64,000 bases of DNA from a virus. Lineage: Duplodnaviria; Caudoviricetes. This document shows, piece by piece, positions 39,027 to 48,474 of this stretch. Numbering within the stretch: position 1 is the first letter of the stretch; each line of letters begins with the position of its first letter. The notes beneath the pieces were generated by a model. The model saw only the letters and a program-made list of their open reading frames with translations, was not told the DNA's origin and did not search any database. Position numbers and translations under genes: made by a program. The stretch is from IMG/VR virus record IMGVR_UViG_3300042946_000581, positions 34,691 to 98,690 of that record; one strand, 5' to 3'.

Positions 39027-40612
39027 TAATAAATCCTTATGTTTTTTCAATTCCTTATGACCCAAACGCCCAAGCGTTTATTACAGCTGCGGGTATAACA
39101 GATATAACGCAACAAAATGCTATAAACACTTTAGTTGTAAATTTAAAAGTTGCTAATATTTGGAATAAATTCAAGGCAATTTATCCGATGATTGGGGGGA
39201 CATCCACAACTCACAAATTTAATTTAATAAATCCAGCTGATTCGGATGCTGCATTTAGGTTATTATTTAGTGGTGGTTGGACACATTCATCAACAGGTGC
39301 AAAACCTAATGGTAGTAATGCAAAAGCTGATACATTTTTAACACCAAGTATTACATTAACACAAAATAGTTCTCACTTATCTTATTATTCAAGAACACAA
39401 AGTAATGGAACGGAAGTAGAAATAGGTTCATCAACCGGTGTAAACGCATCCGATAATAAAATTATTGTTGAAATTAGAACTGCTGGAGTTACATATTATA
39501 ATATAAATTCAACATCAACATATATTACACATTTGGATAGTGATTCAAGAGCTTTTTATGTTGGTAATAGAACCGCTTCAAATGTAATCAATGGGTGGCG
39601 TAATGGATCAAAACTTGCCATTGGAACAGTGTTATCGACACCACCATCCACAAGAACCATAAATATAGGATGTTTTAATTCACAACCGGCTGGTGCATTT
39701 TTTTCGACTAAAGAATGTGCATTTGCTTCTATTGGAGATGGATTAACAGATACTGAAGTTTTAGTGTTTAATCAAATAGTTGAAGGCTATCAATATACAT
39801 TAGGAAGAAATGTTAATCCAGTAAATGCAAACTATTATAATACAGCATATAACAATGAAACAAATGCTTTCTTGTATGTTTCACAGATAACAGATAACAC
39901 TCAAAAAAATGCTGTTAATACACTTGTAAATGATTTAAAAATAGCAGGGATATGGACTAAAACGAAAGCAGCGTACCCAATGATTGGTGGAACATCATCA
40001 ACACATAAATGGAATCTTGTTAATCCTCAAGATACTGATGCAGCGTTTAGATTGACGTTTAATGGTGGATGGACTCATAGTAGCACTGGAGCTACTCCTA
40101 ATGGCACTAACGCCTTTGCAAATACTTTTTTAGTACCAAGTTCGACTATTACATTAAATTCAATGAGTTTATCCTATTATTCAAGGACAAATACAACACC
40201 TGCAAATAATTCAATAAATATGGGTTCTTGGGTTGGTGCAGGTTTCCACTATACTTTATTATCTATAAGAAGCATTTTATCTTCTACAACAACTTACGGT
40301 ATGTTACAAACATCTGGCACATTTGCTCAATTTTTAGATCCAAATTCTTTAGGTTTGTATACTGTAACAAGAACTGCAAATAATTTAACAAAAATTTTCA
40401 AGAATGGTATTTTAAATGCAACTAATAGTGAATTAAGTACAGCAAATTCATCTAATTCTATTTATTTAGGAGCAGCTAATGGTAATACTTTAAATTATTC
40501 AAATCGAGAATGCGCTTTTGCATTAATTACTGATGGATTAACAGATGCCGAAGCTGGTAATTTATACACTGCAATACAAAATTTCAACACAACTTTAGGA
40601 AGACAAGTTTAA
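39023..40612 (+). CDS. virion protein with two tandem copies of a ~260-aa domain
   Basis: Both halves share QxNA+NTLV..LK.A.IW.K.KA.YPMIGGTS.THK.NL+NP.D.DAAFRL.F.GGWTHSSTGA.PNG and end LGR.V. Confidence 0.7.
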   Translation: MIINPYVFSIPYDPNAQAFITAAGITDITQQNAINTLVVNLKVANIWNKFKAIYPMIGGTSTTHKFNLINPADSDAAFRLLFSGGWTHSSTGAKPNGSNAKADTFLTPSITLTQNSSHLSYYSRTQSNGTEVEIGSSTGVNASDNKIIVEIRTAGVTYYNINSTSTYITHLDSDSRAFYVGNRTASNVINGWRNGSKLAIGTVLSTPPSTRTINIGCFNSQPAGAFFSTKECAFASIGDGLTDTEVLVFNQIVEGYQYTLGRNVNPVNANYYNTAYNNETNAFLYVSQITDNTQKNAVNTLVNDLKIAGIWTKTKAAYPMIGGTSSTHKWNLVNPQDTDAAFRLTFNGGWTHSSTGATPNGTNAFANTFLVPSSTITLNSMSLSYYSRTNTTPANNSINMGSWVGAGFHYTLLSIRSILSSTTTYGMLQTSGTFAQFLDPNSLGLYTVTRTANNLTKIFKNGILNATNSELSTANSSNSIYLGAANGNTLNYSNRECAFALITDGLTDAEAGNLYTAIQNFNTTLGRQV

Positions 40613-40625
40613 AATAATTAAAAAT

Positions 40626-40838
40626 ATGGAAGTAGGACTTTTAACAATTACAGAAAAAGATAACTTGATAGGGCAACAATATGCTCCAGATAGTTATTTT
40701 AACCCCATCCAAGACATAAATGATGATTGGATAATAAGTTTAGAAGAAATAAATCAATGTGTAAATCCTAAATTTTTGTGGATAAAATTATTACCTCTAA
40801 TTGAATATATACCAAAACCAATAGAACCATTACATTAA
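40626..40838 (+). CDS. small hypothetical protein (possible fibre partner or chaperone)
   Basis: 70-aa ORF following the fibre-like gene. Confidence 0.6.
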   Translation: MEVGLLTITEKDNLIGQQYAPDSYFNPIQDINDDWIISLEEINQCVNPKFLWIKLLPLIEYIPKPIEPLH

Positions 40839-40927
40839 TGATACTTTATTTTATTATACTTTTAAGGTAATTATGACACATGTAAAATAATTTACTAATA
40901 ATAATTTGTTGGTAATATTTATGACAT

Positions 40928-41743
40928 ATGCCACACCAAATATCAATATCTGCAGTTACAGGAACACCACCATATTCAATCACAATTTGTGATACCACAT
41001 TAGTTTATTGTTATTTAATAACGGGTTCAACTACTATTCCACCCACATTTACTTTTGATGTACCACCACCATTAGATGTTGCGGATAGTGTTATTGTTAA
41101 AGTTACAGATAGTAATGGATGTCAATTATTTTATCCTTATTCTTGTCCAATAATACCTTGTGATTGTATAACATTGTCAGCAACAACTGAAATCAGTGGT
41201 ATGCCTTTTACTATGACATTATATCCAAATGGTGTAGTCAATGGTAAAAATTCTTACTTTGGAATTGAACCTAACTCAATTGCTGAGATAAATTTATCTT
41301 ATAATTCTATATTAGGTATTTGGCAAATGTCATATAGAGATTATGGATTTATTAGTGACTTGAACATATCTAATAATTGTCCAAATGGTAGTACTTGGGT
41401 AAATAATTATGGTGGTTTTGTAGTGTATTCGACATTAGGTACGATTTGTGTTACACCAACACCCACTCCAACTCCTACACCAACAGGAACTTGTAGATGT
41501 ATTCAAGTTACAAATACGGGAACAACAACTGGAACATTTTATTATACTCAATGTGATGGAACAATAACAAGTGTATTACCAATCAATTCTGGAACAACAT
41601 TATATTATTGTGGTACTAATCCAATTGGGTTAACTGAATGTGACATTTATATTGGTAATAATTGTGTTAGTAATAGTTGTGTAAGTATTACACCAACACC
41701 ATCAGTGACACCAACAATTACTCCTTCACCAAGTAGTCCATAA
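40928..41743 (+). CDS. Cys-containing PT-repeat virion protein
   Basis: [11 protein letters not shown] and terminal TPTPSVTPTITPSPSSP tracts. Confidence 0.65.
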   Translation: MPHQISISAVTGTPPYSITICDTTLVYCYLITGSTTIPPTFTFDVPPPLDVADSVIVKVTDSNGCQLFYPYSCPIIPCDCITLSATTEISGMPFTMTLYPNGVVNGKNSYFGIEPNSIAEINLSYNSILGIWQMSYRDYGFISDLNISNNCPNGSTWVNNYGGFVVYSTLGTICVTPTPTPTPTPTGTCRCIQVTNTGTTTGTFYYTQCDGTITSVLPINSGTTLYYCGTNPIGLTECDIYIGNNCVSNSCVSITPTPSVTPTITPSPSSP

Positions 41744-41801
41744 ATTTATATTTAATATATCCTTTTATTTTGATTTTTTTATTTTTAAAATAAAAATAAG
41801 A

Positions 41802-43052
41802 ATGTCAACAATATTTGTACAAATAGCCTCATTCAGAGACCCCCAACTTAATCCCACATTAGAAGATTTAATATCCAAAGCAAAATACCCTAAAAAACTT
41901 AGAATTGGTATTTGTAATCAATATAATGAAAATGATGAATTTAATCTTGACCATTATAGAAAGGATAAAAGATTTAGAATCATTGATGTAAAAGATATTG
42001 ATTCACCAGGTGTTTGTTGGGCAAGAAACCAAGTTCAACAATTATATTCAGGAGAAACATACACATTACAAATTGATTCCCATATGAGGTTTGAACAAGA
42101 TTGGGATAAAACTTTAATTGATATGATTAAAGACCTCCAATCAAAAGGATACCCAAAACCTTTATTAACTGGATATGTTTCATCATTTGACCCTGACAAT
42201 GACCCACAAGGAAGAGTTACAGAACCTTGGAGAATGACATTTGATAGATTTATTCCTGAAGGTGCTGTATTCTTTTTACCTGAAGTTATTCCAAATTGGA
42301 AAGATTTAACTGAACCAATTCCTGCGAGATTTTACTCAGCTCATTTCTGTTTTACATTAGGTGAATTTAGTAATGAAGTTCAACACGACCCTGAGTATTA
42401 TTTCCACGGAGAAGAAATATCTGTTGGGGTTAGAGCATTCACCCACGGATATGATTTATTTCATCCACACCAAGTTATTATTTGGCACGAGTACACAAGG
42501 AAGGGAAGGACTAAGCAATGGGATGTGGACAAAGAGTGGTTTAAGAAAAATGACAAATCACATTCAAGGAATAGAAGATTATTCTCAATGGATGGTGAAG
42601 TATTTGACCCTATTGAATTTGGTAAATACGGATTTGGTACTGAGAGAACTTTAGAGGATTATGAGAAATACGCTGGTATAAAGTTTAATAGAAGGGGTGT
42701 GCAGAAATATACAACAGATAAAAACTATCCCCCCAATCCATATAACTTTGAAACTGAGGAAGAATACTTAAATAGTTTTGCTAGTGTATTCAAACATTGT
42801 ATTGATGTTCATTTTGGTCAAGTTCCTGAAAAGGATTATGATTTTTGGGTTGTCGCATTTCACGATAATAAAGATGAAACAATGTTTAGACAAGATGCTG
42901 ACATCAATGAAATTAATAGAGTTATGCAAGACCCTGATGGTTATTGCAAAATATGGAGGGAATTTAATACCATAACAAAACCATCTTATTGGGTTGTGTG
43001 GCCGCACTCAAAATCAAAAGGATGGTGTGATAGAATAACTGGAAATTTGTAA
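41802..43052 (+). CDS. GT60-like polypeptide/hydroxyproline GlcNAc transferase
   Basis: TIFVQIASFRDP, G.CWAR, LQIDSHMRF..DWD, F.GEE....R.FTHGYD..HP and H.Y.R motifs, as in the Skp1 Gnt1-type GlcNAc transferases. Confidence 0.85.
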   Translation: MSTIFVQIASFRDPQLNPTLEDLISKAKYPKKLRIGICNQYNENDEFNLDHYRKDKRFRIIDVKDIDSPGVCWARNQVQQLYSGETYTLQIDSHMRFEQDWDKTLIDMIKDLQSKGYPKPLLTGYVSSFDPDNDPQGRVTEPWRMTFDRFIPEGAVFFLPEVIPNWKDLTEPIPARFYSAHFCFTLGEFSNEVQHDPEYYFHGEEISVGVRAFTHGYDLFHPHQVIIWHEYTRKGRTKQWDVDKEWFKKNDKSHSRNRRLFSMDGEVFDPIEFGKYGFGTERTLEDYEKYAGIKFNRRGVQKYTTDKNYPPNPYNFETEEEYLNSFASVFKHCIDVHFGQVPEKDYDFWVVAFHDNKDETMFRQDADINEINRVMQDPDGYCKIWREFNTITKPSYWVVWPHSKSKGWCDRITGNL

Positions 43053-43056
43053 AATT

Positions 43057-43890
43057 ATGAAAATTGTTACAGCAATATATGAATTAGTATATGAAGGTTC
43101 AAGAGGTGGAGGCGTATATAAATCATTCCCCCTATTAACCGAAACTATGCGAAATATAATTTTTGAAGATTTTGAGTATGTAATATACACAAATAAAGAC
43201 ACCTATCAGAAGTATAATTTAAACAACTATTTTAATAAACCTAACATTGAAATAAAATTTGTTGAATTAAATTCAGAGTATTATTTGAATAAGATTGAAC
43301 CAATAAGGCAAAAAGTTTTTAACTCGCAAGAAATTTATGATAGAATATACACGGTTAAAAATTATTTAGAGGTAATATTAAATAAATTACAATTTATATT
43401 AAATGAGACCAATGATAATGAAAATGTGATTTGGATTGATTCTGGTTTATTTGGTACAAGTTGTCATGATAGATGGAGAGATTATATGGTTAAAATAGCA
43501 CATACTAAAACATTTTTAATTAAATTAAATGAATGTGTGGATAAGTATAATTTTATTTGTATAAGGGGGAATCAAATTAATATTAATTATGAATTAAAAC
43601 AAGATATATTAGAATTATTTGGTGTTGATTTAAAAATTATTCCTGGTGGTATTTTTGGAGGTAAATCTGAATATATCAAACAAATTATTGGAAATTATAA
43701 AGAGGTTTTTAACACATTCTTAGAATGTAAAAATAAATTAATTAGTGAACAAGAAGTTTTATCAGTATTAACATCAAAAACAAATACTAAATTTTTTGAA
43801 ATAAACGATTGGTTAGATTTTCAAAGAGGTATTTTGGAAATTATGGATTTATTAACCGATAAATATAAAACTGATAGTTGTTATGAATAG
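43057..43890 (+). CDS. HtrL/YibB-like protein
   Basis: KIVTA+Y, WIDSG, GGIFGG and SEQ motifs. Confidence 0.6.
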   Translation: MKIVTAIYELVYEGSRGGGVYKSFPLLTETMRNIIFEDFEYVIYTNKDTYQKYNLNNYFNKPNIEIKFVELNSEYYLNKIEPIRQKVFNSQEIYDRIYTVKNYLEVILNKLQFILNETNDNENVIWIDSGLFGTSCHDRWRDYMVKIAHTKTFLIKLNECVDKYNFICIRGNQININYELKQDILELFGVDLKIIPGGIFGGKSEYIKQIIGNYKEVFNTFLECKNKLISEQEVLSVLTSKTNTKFFEINDWLDFQRGILEIMDLLTDKYKTDSCYE

Positions 43891-44599
43891 TCAAAGTTAT
43901 TGTTTTGCCACATTTTGTTTTGGTGAAAGATATAGAATACAAACCAATAGATTAATTGAAAATTTAGAAAAAATTAATAATAACACATTATTATTTGTAA
44001 TAACAGATGATGAGACTCAGATAAAAAAATTACCTTGGGTTATAGTAAAAAATATTAATTTTTACGATTCAACCTATTTGAAGTATGCCACAAACTATTT
44101 TGACTTTGATTTTTCAGTAAAAAGATTTGTACTTAGGTTGGCATCAGAAAACAATTTCTATAATATTGTTTTATTAGACACAGATAATTTAGTTGGTGGT
44201 AATTATTCAGAATCAAGAATTATAGAAAGTTTTAGAAAAAATTCTATTTTAGGTCCTGTAATTTACGAATATCAAAAAGAAATTTTATCTAATTCTATGT
44301 TAGGTAGAAGATTCAATCATTATGAAAAAATTTTTGACGTTCATTTAAATAAAAAAGATTTGTGGATGCCTGAGGATTGTATTCAATTTATTAGTATTGA
44401 AAAGAATAATTTTGAAAATTTTTTAAATACTTGGGATGAATGTATTAAAATAAAATATAGAGATAACCTACCTAATATTCCTGCTGGTAACATTGATGAA
44501 ATGTGTTTTTCCGCGTTAAAAAATGGAATTAATGTTGGGGGTAATTCAGATAAATCTGTAAATATTTTTACAGCACAGCACGATTTATGGTATAGATAA
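43883..44599 (+). CDS. putative GT-A-like glycan enzyme
   Basis: FV+TDD, K...L..A and LLDTD (DxD) motifs; glycan operon context. Confidence 0.45.
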   Translation: MNSQSYCFATFCFGERYRIQTNRLIENLEKINNNTLLFVITDDETQIKKLPWVIVKNINFYDSTYLKYATNYFDFDFSVKRFVLRLASENNFYNIVLLDTDNLVGGNYSESRIIESFRKNSILGPVIYEYQKEILSNSMLGRRFNHYEKIFDVHLNKKDLWMPEDCIQFISIEKNNFENFLNTWDECIKIKYRDNLPNIPAGNIDEMCFSALKNGINVGGNSDKSVNIFTAQHDLWYR

Positions 44600-46266
44600 T
44601 GATAACATTAGTAACAGGATTATGGAATATAGGTAGAGATAAACTTCAAGAGGGTTGGTCAAGGTCTTATCAACACTACTTGGATAAGTTCTCCCAATTA
44701 TTAGAAGTTGATTGTAATTTAATTATTTTTGGTGATAGTGAATTACAACAATTCGTTAATGATAGAAGAAATAATAACAATACCCAATTCATATTAAGAA
44801 ACTTGGATTGGTTTACCAATAATGAATTTTATCCAAAAATACAAGAAATCAGACAGAAACCTGAATGGTATAATCAAGTTGGTTGGTTAAAAGATTCAAC
44901 CCAAGCAAAACTTGAAATGTATAATCCATTGGTTATGTCAAAAGTGTTTTTACTACACGATGCAAAACTTTTGGATAAATTCAATTCGGAGTATATGTTT
45001 TGGATTGATGCTGGTTTAACAAATACAATCCATCCAGGTTATTTCACCCACGATAAAGTATTAGATAAATTACCAAAATCTTTAGGTGATTTTAATTTTG
45101 TTTGTTTTCCCTATGAAACAACAACTGAAATACACGGATTCACTATTTCTGAGATGAATAGATTAACCAATTCAAATGTTAATAAAGTTGCAAGAGGTGG
45201 ATTCTTTGGTGGTAAGAAAGAAGTTATATCTGAAATAAACTCAATATATTATCAATTATTATCAGATACATTGAATAGGGGATATATGGGGACTGAGGAA
45301 AGTATATTCACTTTGATGGTTTATCTTTATCCAAATCTAATAACTTATTTTGATATTGAACCAAATGGATTGATGGGTAAATTTTTTGAGGATATAAAGG
45401 AGAATAGATTACAACCCAAGAAAGAAAAAAAATTCTTACAAGTTCAAAGCAATACATCAATAGATAAAGTTGGATTGTATGTTATAACATTTAATTCCCC
45501 AAAACAATTTGAAACTTTAATCCAATCAATGTTGGAGTATGATGTTGACTTTATAAACAAACCTAAAAAGTTTTTACTAGACAATTCAACGGATTTAACA
45601 ACAACACCAAGATATAAAGAGTTATGTGAACAATATGGTTTTGAACATATTAAAAAAGATAACCTTGGTATAATGGGTGGTCGAATTTTTATAGCAGAAC
45701 ACTTTAATGATACTGACTTAGACCTGTATTTTTTCTTAGAGGATGATATGTTTTTCTATCCAAAAAATGAAACTTGTAAAAATGGGTTTAATAGATATGT
45801 TAAAAATTTATATAAGAAAAGTTTGGAGATTATTCAAAAAGAAAACTTTGATTTCCTCAAATTTAACTTCACAGAATTTTATGGTGATAATAACACACAA
45901 TGGGCTTGGTATAATGTCCCACAAGATTTCAGACAAAAACATTGGCCTAATAATACAAAACTTCCACAGATGGGATTAGACCCCAATTCACCAAAAACTG
46001 AGTTTAAACACATTAAAACTCATAAGGGTATTCCATATATAAGTGGAGAAATATATTTGTGTAATTGGCCAATTATTATGAATAAGGAGGGGAATTATAA
46101 ATGTTATTTGGAAACAAAATGGGCACATCCATTCGAACAAACCCTCATGTCTTATTGTTATCAAGAAACAATTAAAGGTAGAATAAATCCTGGATTGTTA
46201 TTATTAACCCCAACTGAACATAATAGATTTGACCATTACGATGGTAAGCTTAGAAAAGAAAATTAA
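44599..46266 (+). CDS. HtrL/YibB-like domain fused to a GT2-like domain
   Basis: ITLVTGLWNIGR, SKVF.L.DA, FWIDAG, GGFFGG, GTEES; C-domain FFLEDD. Confidence 0.7.
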   Translation: MITLVTGLWNIGRDKLQEGWSRSYQHYLDKFSQLLEVDCNLIIFGDSELQQFVNDRRNNNNTQFILRNLDWFTNNEFYPKIQEIRQKPEWYNQVGWLKDSTQAKLEMYNPLVMSKVFLLHDAKLLDKFNSEYMFWIDAGLTNTIHPGYFTHDKVLDKLPKSLGDFNFVCFPYETTTEIHGFTISEMNRLTNSNVNKVARGGFFGGKKEVISEINSIYYQLLSDTLNRGYMGTEESIFTLMVYLYPNLITYFDIEPNGLMGKFFEDIKENRLQPKKEKKFLQVQSNTSIDKVGLYVITFNSPKQFETLIQSMLEYDVDFINKPKKFLLDNSTDLTTTPRYKELCEQYGFEHIKKDNLGIMGGRIFIAEHFNDTDLDLYFFLEDDMFFYPKNETCKNGFNRYVKNLYKKSLEIIQKENFDFLKFNFTEFYGDNNTQWAWYNVPQDFRQKHWPNNTKLPQMGLDPNSPKTEFKHIKTHKGIPYISGEIYLCNWPIIMNKEGNYKCYLETKWAHPFEQTLMSYCYQETIKGRINPGLLLLTPTEHNRFDHYDGKLRKEN

Positions 46267-46292
46267 AAAAGGGTGATTTCTCACCCTTTTTT
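46265..46292. terminator. bidirectional intrinsic terminator
   Basis: AAAAAAGGGTGA-tttc-TCACCCTTTTTT between convergent genes. Confidence 0.85.
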
Positions 46293-47507
46293 TTATTTCT
46301 TAATAAATCTATGTGTTTTTATTTCTTGTTCAGTTTCAATTGAGATTACATAAACGCCACTAGGTAAATCGGTAATATCTATTTTCTCCAAATTTGATTT
46401 GATATTATTTTTACTGAATATTTGTTTTCCAATATTATCAATAATCTTTATGCTATAAATTGAATTATCAATAATATGTTTTTGAATTACAAGTTCGTTA
46501 TTGGAAGGTGTAAATGAGAAATTATTATCATTTTTGATTTCAACAACAGAAATATTAGAATATGATGTATGACCACCTTCAACCCATTTTAATCTGTAAT
46601 ATGTATATCCATTTGATGTTGGGGTTTTATCATTAAAGTCAAAAAAAGATTGGTCTGAATTTGTAACATTAACAAATCCAATTGAATCAAATTCAATTCC
46701 ATCTAATGATTTTTCAATAACAAATCCATCAATATATTCATCAAGAATAACATTCCAAAATAAATAAACATCTTTGTTACTCTTTCTGTATTCGGTATTA
46801 AAATATAATAACTCAAGGGGGAATATTGTACAATCATATATTTCCTCAAGAAGAACATTATCAATCCACCATTCTTCACCAGCAGAATTAACTCTACAAA
46901 GTATGTCTACAGCTATTTGAGTCGCACCTGGGGGTATGGTTAATTGTACTACAGAAAATCCATCACCAGTTGTTGTTCTGTTACCACCAGCGGTTGGTGT
47001 ATAAAAAGTTGCTAAACCATTTGCGGTTTTACTTGCAACACCTAAAGTGTTATAATCCCAAAAAGCATTACTGAATCCACGAATACGTATTTCACCAAAA
47101 TATGTGACTCCTCCATTGGTGCTAAGTTGAACTTCAACGAAATCAGTATTGTCAACACCTCTTGTTGTTGCTGCAGGACTTGAGAACACATATGAAGCCA
47201 ATCTAAAAGAGAATCTATGTGTAGAGGTTGGGTTAAGCCCTATAATATTTGGCATAACATACCAATCTTGTTCTACACCTGAAGTTCCATTACCAGCACC
47301 AAATATAACAGCACTTAGGTTTGGGGAAACCGAAGCATTATTAAAAAATCCTGTGTTTGTTGTTGTTGTGTTAGGAGGAGTTCTCCACCAATCGCCAGAC
47401 CAATTAAAGGTCTCCATATTATCAAATGCTATTGTGTCAATACAAGTTTGACTTTTAGCTAAAAAACTTGTTAGAGTTATAATTAATGTAATTAATACTT
47501 TTTTCAT
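46293..47507 (-). CDS. secreted protein with a Sec signal peptide and a T9SS (Por) C-terminal sorting domain
   Basis: Signal MKKVLITLIITLTSFLAKSQ; PLELLYF...W...F.IEKS.DG..F..IG.V...YYRLK; C-terminal I.D..GK...IDI..LPSGVY.I.I......+F+KK. Confidence 0.85.
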   Translation of the reverse strand: MKKVLITLIITLTSFLAKSQTCIDTIAFDNMETFNWSGDWWRTPPNTTTTNTGFFNNASVSPNLSAVIFGAGNGTSGVEQDWYVMPNIIGLNPTSTHRFSFRLASYVFSSPAATTRGVDNTDFVEVQLSTNGGVTYFGEIRIRGFSNAFWDYNTLGVASKTANGLATFYTPTAGGNRTTTGDGFSVVQLTIPPGATQIAVDILCRVNSAGEEWWIDNVLLEEIYDCTIFPLELLYFNTEYRKSNKDVYLFWNVILDEYIDGFVIEKSLDGIEFDSIGFVNVTNSDQSFFDFNDKTPTSNGYTYYRLKWVEGGHTSYSNISVVEIKNDNNFSFTPSNNELVIQKHIIDNSIYSIKIIDNIGKQIFSKNNIKSNLEKIDITDLPSGVYVISIETEQEIKTHRFIKK

Positions 47508-47565
47508 TTTTATTTTTTTTATTTAATTAAGATTTATTGTCTATTATAGTAAAATAATATGTCAA

Positions 47566-47574
47566 TATAAATAT
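47566..47574 (-). promoter_or_regulatory. putative late promoter ATATTTATA
   Basis: 58 nt upstream of the T9SS cargo gene. Confidence 0.4.
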
Positions 47575-47620
47575 GGTTATAATGTTTAAGAAAAAAAAAT
47601 AAAAAAAAATACCCAAACTC

Positions 47621-47651
47621 TTTGGATATTTATAAAGAACTCCTATCTTTG
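47621..47651 (+). promoter_or_regulatory. Bacteroidota promoter TTTG-N19-TATCTTTG with a nested late motif ATATTTATA
   Basis: TTTG 47621-24, TATCTTTG 47644-51, ATATTTATA 47626-34. Confidence 0.7.
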
Positions 47652-47655
47652 TAGG

Positions 47656-47807
47656 ACAATAAATGGTTGATGACTTACCAATAAAAGTTATGGTGGTGAA
47701 AAACCATCGGTAGTTGAAAAGGATGGGAAACTTGAATACATCGAAAGATGGTGACTACAGGTTCTCTTACAAGTGCCTAGTAAGCGTAACGACTATACGA
47801 GAGTTAG
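47656..47807 (+). ncRNA. candidate structured non-coding RNA (~150 nt)
   Basis: GC-enriched tract without a long ORF, behind two promoter motifs; stems ATGGTT/AACCAT, GTAGTT/GACTAC, CATC-GAAA-GATG, CTTAC/GTAAG, CGTA/TACG. Confidence 0.5.
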
Positions 47808-48428
47808 TTAATAAAAAGGATGACAATATTTGTTTATCCTTTTTTTATTTTCATAGAGTTTAATTTTAGAACAATTATAATTTTGACTATATAAACGTTC
47901 TCCTTTAATCTGTGTTAATAATTTAATATTAAATAAACCTTTATTTAACTTTTCAATACTTAGTACAATACTATAAGTGGTTATGTCACCATTTGGTAGA
48001 ATTGCATTATGATTTATAAGTTCCATACAAGGTCTTGGTTTTTTTTCCCAATTTATATTTTTTATATATGGATAAATTATTGTATCCATATTTTTTTCAA
48101 TTAAATCTAAACCCTCAAATAATTCAGGGTCTTCAATAGATTCATTGTTCTTGTATTCATCTTCCATCTTACGATTTAATCTCTGAAGCCAATGTTTGGT
48201 TGGTTCAATAAGAATATTATAATTACCCACTTTAAGAGAATCACCAGCATTGTACATTCTTTTAATTTTGTTTTTAATCAAGGCTACATCCTCACTATAT
48301 ATTGGGGCTTTGGCAACACCCTCGTTGATAGGGAATAAATGTTTAATTTCATCAAAATCATAAGCAATAACTTCAATATAGTTATTATTAATTTCTTCTC
48401 TTAATATTTTTTTTATCAAATTTCTCAT
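47808..48428 (-). CDS. hypothetical protein with an IKKILREE leader
   Basis: 206-aa ORF; TKHWLQR motif weakly suggests an RNase-toxin-like fold. Confidence 0.6.
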   Translation of the reverse strand: MRNLIKKILREEINNNYIEVIAYDFDEIKHLFPINEGVAKAPIYSEDVALIKNKIKRMYNAGDSLKVGNYNILIEPTKHWLQRLNRKMEDEYKNNESIEDPELFEGLDLIEKNMDTIIYPYIKNINWEKKPRPCMELINHNAILPNGDITTYSIVLSIEKLNKGLFNIKLLTQIKGERLYSQNYNCSKIKLYENKKRINKYCHPFY

Positions 48429-48433
48429 ATGAA

Positions 48434-48462
48434 TATAAATACTAATTAAATGACTATTTATA
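48434..48462. promoter_or_regulatory. divergent putative late promoters
   Basis: TATAAATAC (48434-42, serves the minus gene) and TATTTATA (48455-62, serves the plus gene). Confidence 0.55.
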
Positions 48463-48474
48463 TATAAAAACTGG

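Noticed and set aside
47543-47565. TTGACA...TATAAT on the minus strand upstream of the T9SS gene
   Set aside because: The spacer is only 11 nt, incompatible with a sigma70 promoter.
47663-47707. Hammerhead ribozyme (TGATGA...GAAA)
   Set aside because: The core reads TTGATGA rather than CTGANGA, and no stem III with a UH cleavage site can be built; kept only as an unassigned ncRNA.
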